DNA of 59,978 nt, taken from Eubacteriales bacterium. GTDB lineage: Bacteria; Bacillota; Clostridia; Oscillospirales; CAG-382. Below the pieces are notes generated by a model that was not told the origin of the DNA, ran no database searches, and saw nothing but the letters and a program-made list of their open reading frames with translations. The stretch spans positions 1 to 59,978 of the forward strand of contig JAZTXY010000014.1 in assembly GCA_045636665.1 (NCBI GenBank), in the 5' to 3' direction. Each line of letters opens with the position of its first letter. The first letter of the stretch is position 1. Shown here piece after piece: positions 49,436 through 58,147 of this stretch. The translations under genes and the position numbers were made by a program.

Positions 49436-50530
49436 TCAATCTGCTTGTTTCTTTTTCGTTTCCAAAACACGCATTAAAACGATTGCGCCCAACGGGAAAA
49501 CGAAAAGCCCCAAAAGTCCCAACAATTTAAGCCCGATATACATCGATGCAAGTGCGGCAATCGGCGGAAGTCCGATAAATTTACCGACGATTTTCGGCTC
49601 GACGACCTGACGGATGATGGTTATCAAAACGTAGGTTACCAAAATTCCTGCGCCCAAGCCGTAATTACCCATAATCAAAAGAACGATTCCCCACGGGATA
49701 AGCACCGTACCCGTACCGAGCACGGGCAGAAAATCGACAAGCGCGATGACGAGCGCAAGGATAAAGGAATAATCGACTCCCAAAACGACAAACGCAAGCA
49801 AAAGCTCGCCAAACGTGATAAAGAAAAGCAGACCGTAAGCGCGAACGTATTTCCCAACAGTGTTTGCCAAAACGTCACGCGTGTTTTTTAGGGTAGGGCG
49901 AAACCGTTCGGGGAAAAGCGAAAGGAAGAAGCTGTTTATTTTAACTCTGTCGATGGCAAAATAATAGGTTGCGATTATAACGACCGCCGTTGTAAAAAGC
50001 GCATTCGGCAAAAATGCAACCGCCGAGCCCATAATCGAAACTATTCCGCCCGTTATATTTTCGCCGAAGCCGACAAGCATTCCCCAAAGCTCCTCGTCGA
50101 GGTTGCTTCGCATCGCCCAAAGCTTATCGCGAAGGTCAACAAAGGGTATCATATCGCAAATCTTGTCGATGGTTTCGTGGGCATAGCCGTCATCGGTGCG
50201 GATAAGCGCAACCGTTTCTTTAATATTGTCGGCGAGGTCGGTTATTTCCAAAACTACCTGTCTGCCGATTGCGTAAATCAAGCCCACCATCGATGCCGTC
50301 GCCAAAAAGACCACGAATAAAACGCAAAACTTTTTCGGGAACTTTTTGTGCGTTTCGGAATATTTAACTATCGGGCGGAAGCACTCGGCAAAAACATAGG
50401 CGATGATAAACGGCAAAATCGCCGTCCACAAAAAGTTGAAAACAATATATATCGCGGCGATTGCCACCGCGGCGTACATTGTTATGACAGCAAAGCGCTT
50501 GTAGGGCTCGTTCGGAAGCAAAAACACCAC
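49436..50530 (-). CDS. ytvI: AI-2E family transporter / sporulation integral membrane protein YtvI-like
   Basis: About 8 TM helices and typical AI-2E length. GTG start 50530; alternative ATG at 50479. Confidence 0.75.
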   Translation of the reverse strand: MVFLLPNEPYKRFAVITMYAAVAIAAIYIVFNFLWTAILPFIIAYVFAECFRPIVKYSETHKKFPKKFCVLFVVFLATASMVGLIYAIGRQVVLEITDLADNIKETVALIRTDDGYAHETIDKICDMIPFVDLRDKLWAMRSNLDEELWGMLVGFGENITGGIVSIMGSAVAFLPNALFTTAVVIIATYYFAIDRVKINSFFLSLFPERFRPTLKNTRDVLANTVGKYVRAYGLLFFITFGELLLAFVVLGVDYSFILALVIALVDFLPVLGTGTVLIPWGIVLLIMGNYGLGAGILVTYVLITIIRQVVEPKIVGKFIGLPPIAALASMYIGLKLLGLLGLFVFPLGAIVLMRVLETKKKQAD

Positions 50531-50623
50531 TCCAAAAATACAGTTTTCAATATTATATGGAAAATGACATAAAATAAATCCCGAAAAAGCTTAATTATTT
50601 CGCAAAACAATTAAATTTTTGTG

Positions 50624-50652
50624 TTGACATTGTCGATTTGCTGTGATATAAT
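50624..50652 (+). promoter_or_regulatory. Sigma-A promoter TTGACA-17-TATAAT for tRNA-Ser
   Basis: Exact consensus hexamers at 50624-50629 and 50647-50652, 35 nt upstream of the tRNA. Confidence 0.55.
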
Positions 50653-50686
50653 AATCAAGCGCAATTGAGCGCGAAGTTAATAATAC

Positions 50687-50777
50687 GGAGAAGTCGCTTA
50701 GCTGGTCGAGGGCGCACGACTGGAAATCGTGTAACGGATAAAACCGTTCGAGAGTTCGAATCTCTCCTTCTCCGCCA
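50687..50777 (+). tRNA. tRNA-Ser (anticodon GGA), CCA encoded
   Basis: Cloverleaf folded by hand. Acceptor GGAGAAG/CTTCTCC, anticodon stem CACGA/TCGTG with loop CTGGAAA, long variable arm AACGG/CCGTT, T-arm GAGAG-TTCGAAT-CTCTC, then G-CCA. Confidence 0.9.
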
Positions 50778-50780
50778 AAC

Positions 50781-50812
50781 AAAAACCACCCAATCGGGTG
50801 GTTTTTTGTTTG
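50781..50812 (+). terminator. Rho-independent terminator after tRNA-Ser
   Basis: AAAAACCACCC-aatc-GGGTGGTTTTT followed by TGTTT. Confidence 0.7.
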
Positions 50813-50935
50813 GCTTTTGAAGAGATTCGAAGGGCGAGGCAAAACGTGTCGGGGACACGTTTTGACCGCCACAGCGGAGTGGACGGTGTTCGTGAGCAGA
50901 ATGGAATTCTGCGGAAGAACGCAACGGACACGGAG

Positions 50936-50948
50936 GAATCTCTCCTTC
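50936..50948 (+). repeat. 13-nt duplicate of the tRNA-Ser T-arm/acceptor 3' segment
   Basis: GAATCTCTCCTTC at 50758-50770 (inside the tRNA) recurs exactly at 50936-50948. AACGGA of the variable arm also recurs, at 50923. Confidence 0.8.
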
Positions 50949-50965
50949 GACGTTTTTGCATTGCA

Positions 50966-50994
50966 TTGACAAGACAGCTAAACTGCGATATAAT
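50966..50994 (+). promoter_or_regulatory. Sigma-A promoter TTGACA-17-TATAAT
   Basis: Exact consensus hexamers at 50966-50971 and 50989-50994, about 30 nt upstream of 51025. Confidence 0.55.
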
Positions 50995-51024
50995 AAAATC
51001 ATAAATCCCAAAGGAGGCAGAAAA

Positions 51025-51501
51025 ATGACGATTGAACAGGCGATATATTTCAAGGTTTTACTTTCAAACGGATATACGGAAGAAGTGCTTCAATACGTAA
51101 ATACCTCCCTCGATGCTCAAAGCACGTTAAGTGATGTTGTTTTGGAGCTTGCCTATGCAGGAAACGACAGAGAAAAGCTTATCTCGATATTGAGCGAATA
51201 TCTTATCGAAGTAAAAAAAGACGAAATCGACTTCGACGGCAAGCTGATCGATATGTTTTTGGCGTTTTTTCGCAGAAAATACAGAGAAGAAAATATGCCG
51301 CTCGACGAGCTTGTAACAGTTATGCACAGCTGTGCGATGTGCTATTCCAATCTTTATCCTGTGTTTGACAACTCGCTTTGGTATACAATGTATATATTAG
51401 ATGAATGCTATGAGTTTGGCGAAAGGACGCATTTCTTACAAATGCTTAATGACTTTTTAGATTATAAAAAACCGATGCGCTTTTCTGATTTTTGTTCTTG
51501 A
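51025..51501 (+). CDS. Hypothetical 158-aa protein
   Basis: ATG is 7 nt after AAAGGAGG. The ORF-track start 50956 would run through the promoter. No family recognised. Confidence 0.6.
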   Translation: MTIEQAIYFKVLLSNGYTEEVLQYVNTSLDAQSTLSDVVLELAYAGNDREKLISILSEYLIEVKKDEIDFDGKLIDMFLAFFRRKYREENMPLDELVTVMHSCAMCYSNLYPVFDNSLWYTMYILDECYEFGERTHFLQMLNDFLDYKKPMRFSDFCS

Positions 51502-51511
51502 GGTGACGACG

Positions 51512-52504
51512 ATGAACACAGACCGACTCCAAACGCTTTTACAAAAAGGACTTGACGAGGGCGCATATTCCTGCTATGCGGCGGCTGTGGGATGTAAAGA
51601 CGAAATTTTCTTTAAAGCCGTCGGCGGAAAAAGCGCGATTTTTCCGCAGGAAAAGGAAATGACCGAGGATACCCTTTTCGATATGGCTTCGCTTTCAAAG
51701 CTTATCGGCACGACTATGGCGGCTTTGAAAATGATCGATCTTGGCAAAATTTCGCTTAACAACAAAATGAGCGACTTTTTCGATGATTGCCACGGCAAGG
51801 AAGACACCACGATTTTTCAGTTGATGACGCACACCTCGGGAATAAAGGCGCATTTCCCTCTTTGGCTTCGCGGTATCACGCCGAGCGATGCGGCGGAGGA
51901 GATTCTGCGCGAGCCGTTTGGGTACACGCCCGAAAGCGATGCCGTTTATACCTGCATGGGGTATATTCTGCTTGGCAGGATTCTTGAAAAAATCGAAGGT
52001 CAACCGCTTGACAGTATTGTGCAAAAATACGTTTTCGATCCGTTGGGGATGGAAAACAGCTTTTACAATCCGCCGAGCGATAGAATTTGCGCCGCGACCG
52101 AGAAAAGCGCCGTCACGGGCGAGATAATTTGCGGCAGCGTACACGACGAAAATGCCGATTTTTTGAACGGAATTTCGGGCAACGCGGGAATTTTTTGCAG
52201 TCTTGACGATTGTATTACCTTTGCCAAAATGATTTCAAACGGCGCGAAAGGTTACCTTTCGGACGAGATTTTCAAAGCGGCTACAACAAATTACACCCCG
52301 CAGTTTGAGGAAAACCGCGGACTCGGATTTAATATTGTCGGCAACCGTTACGGACATACCGGCTTTACGGGTACCGCGATATACGTCGGCAGAGATAGCG
52401 GAATTTACGCTATATTGCTCACAAACCGAGTTCACCCGACAAGAAACAACGGCAAGCTTTTCCCAATAAGGAACGAATGGCATAAAGAGATTTTCGGTGA
52501 ATGA
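51512..52504 (+). CDS. Beta-lactamase-fold serine hydrolase (AmiE/YbbE-like candidate MurNAc-L-Ala amidase)
   Basis: SxxK motif ASLSKL and a class C/PBP4*-like pattern. Adjacent to NamZ, as amiE is near ybbC in B. subtilis. ATG 51512 is 6 nt after GAGGTG. Confidence 0.8.
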   Translation: MNTDRLQTLLQKGLDEGAYSCYAAAVGCKDEIFFKAVGGKSAIFPQEKEMTEDTLFDMASLSKLIGTTMAALKMIDLGKISLNNKMSDFFDDCHGKEDTTIFQLMTHTSGIKAHFPLWLRGITPSDAAEEILREPFGYTPESDAVYTCMGYILLGRILEKIEGQPLDSIVQKYVFDPLGMENSFYNPPSDRICAATEKSAVTGEIICGSVHDENADFLNGISGNAGIFCSLDDCITFAKMISNGAKGYLSDEIFKAATTNYTPQFEENRGLGFNIVGNRYGHTGFTGTAIYVGRDSGIYAILLTNRVHPTRNNGKLFPIRNEWHKEIFGE

Positions 52505-52505
52505 T

Positions 52506-53654
52506 ATGAAAAAAGCCATAGTTTTAAACGGCATCGACCGTATTGACGAATATTTTGAATTGCTCGACGGGCTTAAAATCGGTCTTATAACCAACCCGAC
52601 GGGCAGAAACAAGGATTTTAAGGAAACAGCGGATATTCTTGCCGAAAAAGGACTTCTTTGCTGTCTTTTCTCGCCCGAGCACGGTGTTCGCGGCGGTGCG
52701 ACGGCAGGCGCGCATATTTCCGACTGCATCGACGAAAAAACGGGTGTGCCGAGCTACAGCCTTTACGGCGCATCACTTCACATCCGCGACGAGGTTTTAA
52801 AGGGGCTTGATGCCGTTGCATTTGACATTCAGGACGTCGGCGCAAGGTTTTACACCTATATTTATACACTTTCCTATGCAATGGAGGATTGCGCCAAGGC
52901 GGGAAAGCGCTTTATCGTTTTCGACCGAATCAATCCCGTCGGCGGTGTTTGTCCGCAGGGCAGTGTGCTTGACAGAAAATTTTCGTCGTTTGTGGGCAGA
53001 TATTCGACCGCAACGCGCCATAATCTTACCGTCGGCGAATTTGCGCGTTTTATTAACGAAACCGAAGGAATCGGCTGTGACCTTACGGTGATACCCGTAA
53101 AGGGCTGGACACGCGACTTGTTTTTCGATGAAACCGACCTTGTGTTTATTCCGCCGTCGCCGAATATTCCGACGGTTGAATGCTGTTTTGCCTATCTTGC
53201 GACCTGCCTTTTCGAGGGCACGAATATTTCGGAGGGGCGCGGTACGGCAAAGCCGTTCGAGTTTATAGGCGCGCCTTGGCTCGATCACGAAGCCGTTGCC
53301 GAAAAAATGAACGCCAATAATCTTCAAGGCGTTAAATTCCGCCCCTGCTTTTTCACTCCGTCCGCTTCAAAGCACGCAAATACCGAATGCAAGGGTATTC
53401 AACTGCATATAACCGACCGAAAAAGCTTTAACCCCTTTGAATCGGGCTTGCGTTTGCTTGATTTGATACGCAACACCCACAAGGAATTTGAATTTATTGC
53501 GCCATATTCGCAAAATTCGCATTATTTTATCGACCTGCTTTTGGGCAGCGACGAATTGCGTAAAGACGGCTTTGACATTGATAACTTTTTAAAAGAGCAA
53601 AACGAAAAGTTAAGTGAATACCAAGAAAAAATCGAAAAATTTTACTTGTATTAA
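52506..53654 (+). CDS. namZ: DUF1343 family exo-beta-N-acetylmuramidase (NamZ/YbbC-like)
   Basis: IGLITNPTG, LFSPEHG, FDIQDVGARFYTYI and SEGRGT motifs typical of DUF1343. Confidence 0.8.
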   Translation: MKKAIVLNGIDRIDEYFELLDGLKIGLITNPTGRNKDFKETADILAEKGLLCCLFSPEHGVRGGATAGAHISDCIDEKTGVPSYSLYGASLHIRDEVLKGLDAVAFDIQDVGARFYTYIYTLSYAMEDCAKAGKRFIVFDRINPVGGVCPQGSVLDRKFSSFVGRYSTATRHNLTVGEFARFINETEGIGCDLTVIPVKGWTRDLFFDETDLVFIPPSPNIPTVECCFAYLATCLFEGTNISEGRGTAKPFEFIGAPWLDHEAVAEKMNANNLQGVKFRPCFFTPSASKHANTECKGIQLHITDRKSFNPFESGLRLLDLIRNTHKEFEFIAPYSQNSHYFIDLLLGSDELRKDGFDIDNFLKEQNEKLSEYQEKIEKFYLY

Positions 53655-53656
53655 AG

Positions 53657-53688
53657 AAAATACGGGAGAAATTCTCCCGTATTTTTTC
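53657..53688 (+). terminator. Rho-independent terminator
   Basis: AAATACGGGAG-aaatt-CTCCCGTATTT followed by TTTT. Confidence 0.75.
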
Positions 53689-53854
53689 AGCTTACAGACC
53701 GAGAGAAATGAGGCTGTTTTTGTATGGGGTCCCCGAAAACGATTGCGTTTTTGGGGTGTTTAAAAGCGAGCGTAGGCTTACAAAGGTAAGGTAGTCGAGC
53801 TTTTCGTTAAAACCCTTGAAAATACAATAAAAATTAAAATTCCTAATAAAAATC

Positions 53855-53893
53855 AAGAGTTCTTCCGACGTAAACGAAAGAACTCTTTTTTGT
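53855..53893. terminator. Bidirectional terminator-like hairpin
   Basis: AAGAGTTCTT-13 nt-AAGAACTCTT followed by TTTTTG. T-rich on the minus-strand side as well. Confidence 0.5.
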
Positions 53894-53941
53894 TGTTTTT
53901 TATTTCAAGGGTGTTAACAGACCATTTGTCCGCGGTCTGCT

Positions 53942-55747
53942 TTAATTGAATTGTGAATTGTAAAGCGTACTATAAAATCCGCCCTTTTTGAGCAATTCCT
54001 CGTGATTGCCGATTTCGGTGATTTTGCCGTCCTGAAGCACGATTATCTTGTCGGCATTTTGAATCGTCGAAAGTCGGTGCGCGATGATAAAGCAGGTGCG
54101 TCCCTTCATCAATTCGGTCATCGCCTCTTGAATCTTTATCTCGGTACGCGAGTCGACGTTCGAGGTCGCCTCGTCAAGAATAAGCATTTGCGAATCGGCA
54201 ATCATCGCACGCGCGATGGTGATAAGCTGACGCTGTCCCTTTGAAATATTAACGCCGTCATCGGTAAGAACGGTGTCATAGCCGTCGGGCAGGCTTTCGA
54301 TGAAGCTGTCTATCCTTGCGGCGCGCGCGGCGGCTTTTACCTCGTCAAGCGTTGCGCCCTCGCGTCCGTAGGCGATATTTTCAAATATCGTACCGCAAAA
54401 CAGCCAAGTGTCCTGAAGCACCATTGTGTATGCTTTTCTCAACGAATCACGCGTGATTTCGCGCTCGTCGATGCCGTCGACGGTTATCCTGCCGCCGTTT
54501 ACGTCGTAAAAACGCATAAGCAGACTGATTATCGTCGTTTTGCCTGCGCCCGTCGGGCCGACTATCGCAACGGTTTTACCCTGAAGCGCATCGAACGAGA
54601 TGCCGTGAAGAATTTCTTTTTCGGGGGTATAGCCGAATTTAACGTCTGTAAATTCAACGTCACCCTTTGCTCTTTCAAGCGTGATTGCGTTTTCGGAATC
54701 GGCAGGCTCGGGTTGTTCGTCGAGAATCGCAAAAACACGGTCGGCGGCAGAAAATGCCGATTGGAATTCCGAAATGATGTTTGCAAATTCGTTTATCGGG
54801 CCGGCAAACTTGCGCGAATACTGAACAAACTGCGCCACACCGCTTAATGAGATGAAAAACAGCGATCCAACCGCCGCAACTCCGCTTTGCGAATACATAT
54901 AAAGTATTCCGCCGAACATCGTAACTAACGATATCGAAATGTTGTTGATAAAGTTAACCGACGGGCCCATTGCCGCGCCGTAATAATCCGCCTCGTAATA
55001 GGCATCCATCGAATCGGTGTTGCGCTTGTTGAAGCGTGCGCCTATTTCGTTTTCGCGCTCGTAAGCGCGGATTGTACCGCAGCCCGAAAGCATTTCCTCG
55101 GCATAGCCGTTCAACTCGCCGAGCTTTTTCGAGCGTTTTCTGAAAAGCGGACGCACACGCTTTGCGCGGTAGCGCGTAAAGAGAATCGATGCAGGCACAG
55201 TGATAAGAAATACGGCAATCAACGGCTTCGAGATATTCCACATAAACCAAAGCGAGCCGATGACGGTGTAAAGACTCGTCATAACCTGAACCAAATCGTG
55301 CGAGAGAGTTGAGTTTATCGTGTCGATGTCATAGGAAATGTGGCTTATAATGTCGCCTGTCGGGTGGGTATCGAAATAACCGACGGGCAGTGACGTAAGC
55401 TTTTCGAAAAGCTGTTTTCGCATTGTATATACTATTTTTTGGCTCAGCTTTATCATAATGACCGCCAAAAGATAGGATATTACCGCAGAGATGACGTAAC
55501 AGCCGAGCATATAAAGCACGTTTTCGGCAACCGCTTCCTTATCGACACCGCCCTCGGCAACGATTGCATCGATGGCAAGTCCCGAAAATTTAGGGCCCAA
55601 AAGCGAAAGCAGATTTGCGCAGAAGGTCATCAGCACCGCAGGTATGAAGATGTACCAATACTTTAAAACGTATCCGCAAAGACGTAAAAGGATGCCCTTG
55701 GTGTTTCTTTCCTGCTTGGTTTCGTTAGGCTTATTCAACGAAAGCAC
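53942..55747 (-). CDS. ABC transporter ATP-binding/permease fusion (type I exporter half-transporter)
   Basis: Six-TM domain, Walker A GPTGAGKTT, signature-like SKGQRQ and Walker B ILDEATS. Confidence 0.9.
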   Translation of the reverse strand: MLSLNKPNETKQERNTKGILLRLCGYVLKYWYIFIPAVLMTFCANLLSLLGPKFSGLAIDAIVAEGGVDKEAVAENVLYMLGCYVISAVISYLLAVIMIKLSQKIVYTMRKQLFEKLTSLPVGYFDTHPTGDIISHISYDIDTINSTLSHDLVQVMTSLYTVIGSLWFMWNISKPLIAVFLITVPASILFTRYRAKRVRPLFRKRSKKLGELNGYAEEMLSGCGTIRAYERENEIGARFNKRNTDSMDAYYEADYYGAAMGPSVNFINNISISLVTMFGGILYMYSQSGVAAVGSLFFISLSGVAQFVQYSRKFAGPINEFANIISEFQSAFSAADRVFAILDEQPEPADSENAITLERAKGDVEFTDVKFGYTPEKEILHGISFDALQGKTVAIVGPTGAGKTTIISLLMRFYDVNGGRITVDGIDEREITRDSLRKAYTMVLQDTWLFCGTIFENIAYGREGATLDEVKAAARAARIDSFIESLPDGYDTVLTDDGVNISKGQRQLITIARAMIADSQMLILDEATSNVDSRTEIKIQEAMTELMKGRTCFIIAHRLSTIQNADKIIVLQDGKITEIGNHEELLKKGGFYSTLYNSQFN

Positions 55748-57452
55748 CTCCCATCTGGGATTCGCTTATTTCGCGGTATTCCTCGCAGCCCTCAAGCAAG
55801 TCGCTGTGGTTGCCCATACCGATAATTTCGCCCTCGTCAAGCACGATGATAATATCGCAGTCCTTAACCGAGCTTACGCGCTGTGCGACAGTAATAACCG
55901 TTGTGTCGCCAAGGTTTTCGGCAAGCGCCGCCCTTAACGCGGCATCGGTTTTATAGTCGAGCGCCGACGATGAATCGTCGAGTATCAAAATTTCGGGCTT
56001 TGACGCAAGCGCGCGTGAAATAAGTATTCTTTGCTTCTGACCGCCCGAAATATTGCTTCCGTGCGGTGTGAGAAGGTGGTTGTAACCGTCGGCAAAATCG
56101 GTGATAAAGCCGTCGGCTTGCGCTGTTTTGGCGGCGAGAATTATCGATTCGTCATCGATTTCCCTGCCAAAGCGGATGTTTTCTGCCACAGTATCGGCAT
56201 AAAGGAAGTCCTGTTGCATTGCCGAGCCGAACATTGCGTAAAAACGCGATTTTTCGATTGTTTTTATATTTTCTCCGTTGATAAAAATCGAGCCTTGACT
56301 GCAATCGTAAAATCTGAGCAGTAATTTTATCAAGGTCGTTTTGCCCGAGCCGGTCGCGCCGATTATACCGAGCCGACCGCCGCGCGGCAGTGAAAACGAA
56401 ATGCTTTTAAGGTTATTCTTTACGCCCTTGTAGGAGAAGGAAACGTCATCGAATACGATATGATTGCCGTCAGCCTTATCGGGAAATTCGGTCTTGCCGT
56501 AGACCTTAATATCCTCATCGGCATCGAAAACCTCGGTTATGCGCCGTGCCGATGCCGCGCATTTTGTGTACATAACGAACATTCGCGTTACCGACATCAT
56601 CGCCATTGAAATAAGCGTGAAATACTGCATAAACGCAACTATCGTTTCGGGGTCGGACAAGCCCGAATCGACTCTGCCGCTTGCAAGCGCGATAACGGCA
56701 ACCGAGCCGACGTTCATCAACACCGTCATTATCGGGTTGACGCTGCCCATAACGATTCCCGCGCGTGTTTCGTCCTTGATAAGCGAGGAATTGACCGCAT
56801 CGTAACGGCGGTGCTCGTAATCGGTCTTTGAAAGCGCCTTGATAACGCGGATGCCTTGGGCATCCTCACGCACGACGCGAATCATACCGTCGACAGATTT
56901 TTGCACCTTGGTGTGAAGCGGCACGCCCTTTTTCGATATGAAATAAACGGTAACGAAAATAAAGGGAAGCACCGCAATCATCGCGAGCGCAAGATAGGCG
57001 TCCATAAAAAGTGTTATGCCGATGCCGCCGATGAGCATAATGGGCGCGCGAACACCCAAGCGTTGCATCATATTCACGAAATGGTGAACGTTATATGTAT
57101 CGGTCGTGATGCGCGATTCAAGCGACGGTATTGTAAAATTATCGGTTTGGGAAGCCGAAAGACGGAGTGTTTTGATAAACAGATCCTTTCGCATATTTTC
57201 GGCGAAATTGCGCGAAACACGCGCCGCCATTCGGTTTGCAACTATATTGCAAACGCAAGCGGCAACGGCGCAAAGAAGCATCGCTCCGCCCCACAAAAGA
57301 ATATCGCGCACAGATTTTGTGATGACGTTTTTAAGGATATGCGTGAGGATATAGGGTATCAAAAGCTCGACGACGGTGCCTGCGATTTTAATCACCAAGC
57401 CGACGGTCATACGGCGATAAAACCCACGAAGATATTTAAAAACTATTTTCAT
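55731..57452 (-). CDS. ABC transporter ATP-binding/permease fusion (partner half-transporter)
   Basis: Six-TM domain, Walker A GATGSGKTT, signature SGGQKQR and Walker B ILDDSSS. Overlaps the downstream partner by 17 nt. Confidence 0.9.
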   Translation of the reverse strand: MKIVFKYLRGFYRRMTVGLVIKIAGTVVELLIPYILTHILKNVITKSVRDILLWGGAMLLCAVAACVCNIVANRMAARVSRNFAENMRKDLFIKTLRLSASQTDNFTIPSLESRITTDTYNVHHFVNMMQRLGVRAPIMLIGGIGITLFMDAYLALAMIAVLPFIFVTVYFISKKGVPLHTKVQKSVDGMIRVVREDAQGIRVIKALSKTDYEHRRYDAVNSSLIKDETRAGIVMGSVNPIMTVLMNVGSVAVIALASGRVDSGLSDPETIVAFMQYFTLISMAMMSVTRMFVMYTKCAASARRITEVFDADEDIKVYGKTEFPDKADGNHIVFDDVSFSYKGVKNNLKSISFSLPRGGRLGIIGATGSGKTTLIKLLLRFYDCSQGSIFINGENIKTIEKSRFYAMFGSAMQQDFLYADTVAENIRFGREIDDESIILAAKTAQADGFITDFADGYNHLLTPHGSNISGGQKQRILISRALASKPEILILDDSSSALDYKTDAALRAALAENLGDTTVITVAQRVSSVKDCDIIIVLDEGEIIGMGNHSDLLEGCEEYREISESQMGGAFVE

Positions 57453-57874
57453 TTTACGTCCTCGATCTCAATGGCTTTGTTTAACATTTTGTCAAGTATT
57501 TCGTGGAAAAGCTTCAATTCATCCTCATCAATGCCCTCGGCAAGCTGAGAATTCCAATCTATTGTAATGTCTTTAACCTCTGGCAGAATATCGAGCATTT
57601 TTTGAGTTGGGAAAACAAGCGTTTCGCGCTTGTCCGATTCGCTTGCTCGCCGTTCGACGTATCCTTCAAGCTCTAAGTGTGCAAGATGACGCGTGACGTT
57701 TGATTTGTTGATGCAAAGGTATTGCACAAGCTTTTCCTGAGGAAGTCCGGGGTTTTTGCATATCGCAAGAACGTAGCTGTGATAGACTCCCGCAAGTCCG
57801 ACAGTCGATTTTTCGGTACGGTAATTCGCCTCGCACCGACTGATTATGTTCATTTTGCGCATTATAGTTGCCAT
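57449..57874 (-). CDS. MarR-family transcriptional regulator
   Basis: Winged-HTH region ICKNPGLPQEKLVQYLCINKSNVTRHLAHLELEGYVER. ATG 57874 is 6 nt after GAGG. ATGA overlap with the ABC gene. Confidence 0.85.
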   Translation of the reverse strand: MATIMRKMNIISRCEANYRTEKSTVGLAGVYHSYVLAICKNPGLPQEKLVQYLCINKSNVTRHLAHLELEGYVERRASESDKRETLVFPTQKMLDILPEVKDITIDWNSQLAEGIDEDELKLFHEILDKMLNKAIEIEDVK

Positions 57875-57892
57875 TTTAAACCTCGCAAAAAT

Positions 57893-57953
57893 TAGTTGCA
57901 TTTAAAACCGTTTCGTTTGCAACTATCTTAACATAAAAAATTTTGCTTGTCAA
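57893..57953 (-). promoter_or_regulatory. Promoter TTGACA-17-TAAGAT (minus strand) plus inverted-repeat operator
   Basis: -35 at 57948-57953 and -10 at 57925-57930. TAGTTGCA (57893-57900) and TGCAACTA (57918-57925), spaced 17 nt, abut the -10. Confidence 0.5.
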
Positions 57954-57974
57954 CAAAGTCATCGTGTAAACTTA

Positions 57975-58003
57975 TTGACAAACAAAAAAAGATGTGATAT
58001 ATT
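57975..58003 (+). promoter_or_regulatory. Sigma-A promoter TTGACA-17-TATATT for tRNA-Glu
   Basis: Hexamers at 57975-57980 and 57998-58003, 20 nt upstream of the tRNA. Confidence 0.55.
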
Positions 58004-58023
58004 AGTGTAGCAATCAGAAATAC

Positions 58024-58098
58024 GGCCTGTTAGTCAAGTGGTCAAGACGTCGCCCTCTCACGGCGAAGGCAGGGGTTCGACTCCCCTACGGGTCACCA
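58024..58098 (+). tRNA. tRNA-Glu (anticodon CTC), CCA encoded
   Basis: Hand-folded. Acceptor GGCCTGT/ACGGGTC (two G-T pairs), D-stem GTC/GAC, anticodon stem TCGCC/GGCGA with loop CTCTCAC, T-arm AGGGG-TTCGACT-CCCCT, then A-CCA. 75 nt. Confidence 0.85.
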
Positions 58099-58102
58099 GA
58101 AA

Positions 58103-58142
58103 AGAAACACCTTTTGTCCGATAGACAAAAGGTGTTTCTTTT
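58103..58142 (+). terminator. Strong terminator hairpin after tRNA-Glu
   Basis: 16-bp perfect stem AGAAACACCTTTTGTC-cgata-GACAAAAGGTGTTTCT followed by TTT. Confidence 0.7.
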
Positions 58143-58147
58143 CAACT

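Noticed and set aside
50591-51053. Three minus-strand ORFs (93, 132 and 87 aa) overlapping tRNA-Ser and its flanks
   Set aside because: They overlap a well-folded tRNA, its promoter and its terminator. They are artefacts of a stop-poor region.
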